Positions 62,388 through 64,000 of a stretch of DNA of 64,000 nucleotides are shown here, piece after piece. How positions within the stretch are numbered: the stretch's first letter is position 1; each line of letters starts with the position of its first letter. The stretch spans positions 11,284,001 to 11,348,000 of the forward strand of contig NC_043018.1 of assembly GCF_006345805.1 (NCBI RefSeq). The letters run 5' to 3'. The translations under genes were made by a program, and so were the position numbers. Source of the stretch: Octopus sinensis. Its lineage: Eukaryota. Below the pieces are notes generated by a model. That model did no database searches, was not told the origin of the DNA, and saw only the letters and a program-made list of their open reading frames with translations.

Positions 62388-63099
62388 AAGGTTTGGTTGA
62401 TTCCATTGATGTTAGTGTATGACTGAGACTGTATTTTATTGATCCCAAAAGGATGGGAGGCAAAGTTGACTTTAGCAGGATTTGAACTCGGAACATAAAA
62501 TGCCAAAGCAAATACTGTAGAGTATTTTTTTATGACACTCTCATGGTTTTGCCAGCTCACTGCCATAATAGTAATAATCTTAGTTTAATTAACTTCATTA
62601 CATCAAATCAAGTGAACAAATTTAAGGGGTACAATGTAGTAGTTCAATTTAAATAGTAACTGACTTCTGCTTATTTTAATGACCCCTGAATGCTACTACT
62701 ATTACTACTACTACTGGTAATAATAATAATGGTTTCAAAATTTGGCATAAGGCTAGTAATTGGGGGGTGGGCATGCAACTTAGTCAATTACATCACCCCA
62801 GTATTTGATGGGTACTTTATTTTATTGACCCCGAAAAGTTGAAAGGCAATAATAATAATAATAATCCTTCCTACAACAGGCATAAGGCCTGAAATTTTGG
62901 GGAGGGGACTAATTGATTACATCGACCCCAGTGTATCACTGGTACTTAATTTATTGACCCCGAACAGATGAAAGTCAAAGTCACCCCCTCCCCTCCAGAA
63001 TTTGAACTCAGAATGTAAAGAGTCTGAAGAAATAAATTCCACAAAGCATTTTAACTGACGTGTTACGATTCTGCCAGTTTAATAATAATGATAATAATA

Positions 63100-63625
63100 A
63101 GGCCAGCTCAGGATTCAACTGGTACTTATTTTATTGACCCTGAAATGAGGAATGGCAAAGTCAACCTTGGCGGAATTTGAACTCAGAACATGAAGTCAGA
63201 CAAAATACCTATTTCTTTACTACCCACAAGGGGCTAAACACAGAGAGGACAAACAAGGACAGACAGATGGATTAAGTCGATTACATCGACTCCAGTGCAT
63301 AACTGGTACTTATTTAGTCGACCCCGAAAGGATGAAAAGCAAAGTCAACCATGGCGGAATTTGAACTCAGAACATGAAGTCAGACAAAATACCTATTTCT
63401 TTACTACCCACAAGGGGCTAAACACAGAGAGGACAAACAAGGACAGACAGATGGATTAAGTCGATTACATCGACTCCAGTGCATAACTGGTACTTATTTA
63501 GTCGACCCCGAAAGGATGAAAAGCAAAGTCAACCATGGCGGAATTTGAACTCAGAACATGAAGTCAGACATAATACCGCTAAGCATTTCACCTGGCGTGC
63601 TAACAATTCTACAGGCTTGCCACGT
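63100..63625 (-). repeat. 184-bp tandem multimer of family-A SINE lacking the A-box in repeated units
   Basis: GGCGGAATTTGAACTCAGAACATGAAGTCAGACA starts at 63169, 63353 and 63537 (period 184). Only the outermost unit keeps the full head. Confidence 0.93.
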
Positions 63626-64000
63626 TAATACTAATACTTATAATAATAATAATGATTTCCATTATTAGGACCCAACTCAATGTCAAGGGACAAAATACAA
63701 TACGCAAAACATGGGGGCTTGGCTGAATCAAAAGGGAATCAACAACAATAAGGATAAAGCAAGAGATATAAAAATACAATGATAATTCCATAAACTAGCA
63801 TCACCATTTTTAATTGTTATGTAATGTTATGACGTATAGTTAAATATCACCACATAACAGAGATATTGAAGTATTCAATGTGTTACGTCATATATAACCA
63901 TATACACACTTGATATGTCTGGAGGTGTGAATATGTCTGTGTAGTAGCAGAGAGGGAGAGAGAGAGAGAGAGAGAGAGGAGAGACTGATAATCACAATGA

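Larger units (their letters stand above)
59935..63630 (-). mobile_element. Long minus-strand chain of about twelve family-A SINE copies separated by (AAT)n, with RTE-tail and MITE insertions
   Basis: Copies at ~59945, 60235, 60465, 60705, 61555, 61765, 62400, 62730, 62862 and 63100-63625. Most are preceded on the plus strand by AATAATAAT-CCTTTCTAC (reverse-complement tail). Confidence 0.82.

Overview
AT-rich, repeat-dominated eukaryotic DNA, most likely an intronic or intergenic region of an octopus (coleoid cephalopod) genome; the taxon is inferred from my recognition of the SINE families and was not verified by a search. I cannot support any intact protein-coding gene. Most ORF-track entries come from microsatellites, SINEs or the tandem array. 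The central feature is a ~10.8 kb array (29051-39827) of ~120 near-identical 90-bp units. Each unit is exactly the tRNA-like, Pol III promoter-type head (A-box-like plus B-box-like) of the window's commonest SINE, and the array runs out into a complete SINE body. The window also holds: a full-length dead mariner (TIRs, TA TSD); RTE LINE 3' fragments, one with a PHD-like finger inside the RT region; two R4/Dong-like restriction-like-endonuclease LINE fragments; a hAT remnant; TTAA-flanked piggyBac-type MITEs; Helitron-like elements; a 310-bp foldback MITE; a decayed U6 snRNA retrocopy; dozens of SINEs of at least three families, many in head-to-tail chains joined by (ATT)n; and a CpG-rich promoter-like region at ~45.6-47.5 kb whose gene I cannot identify.
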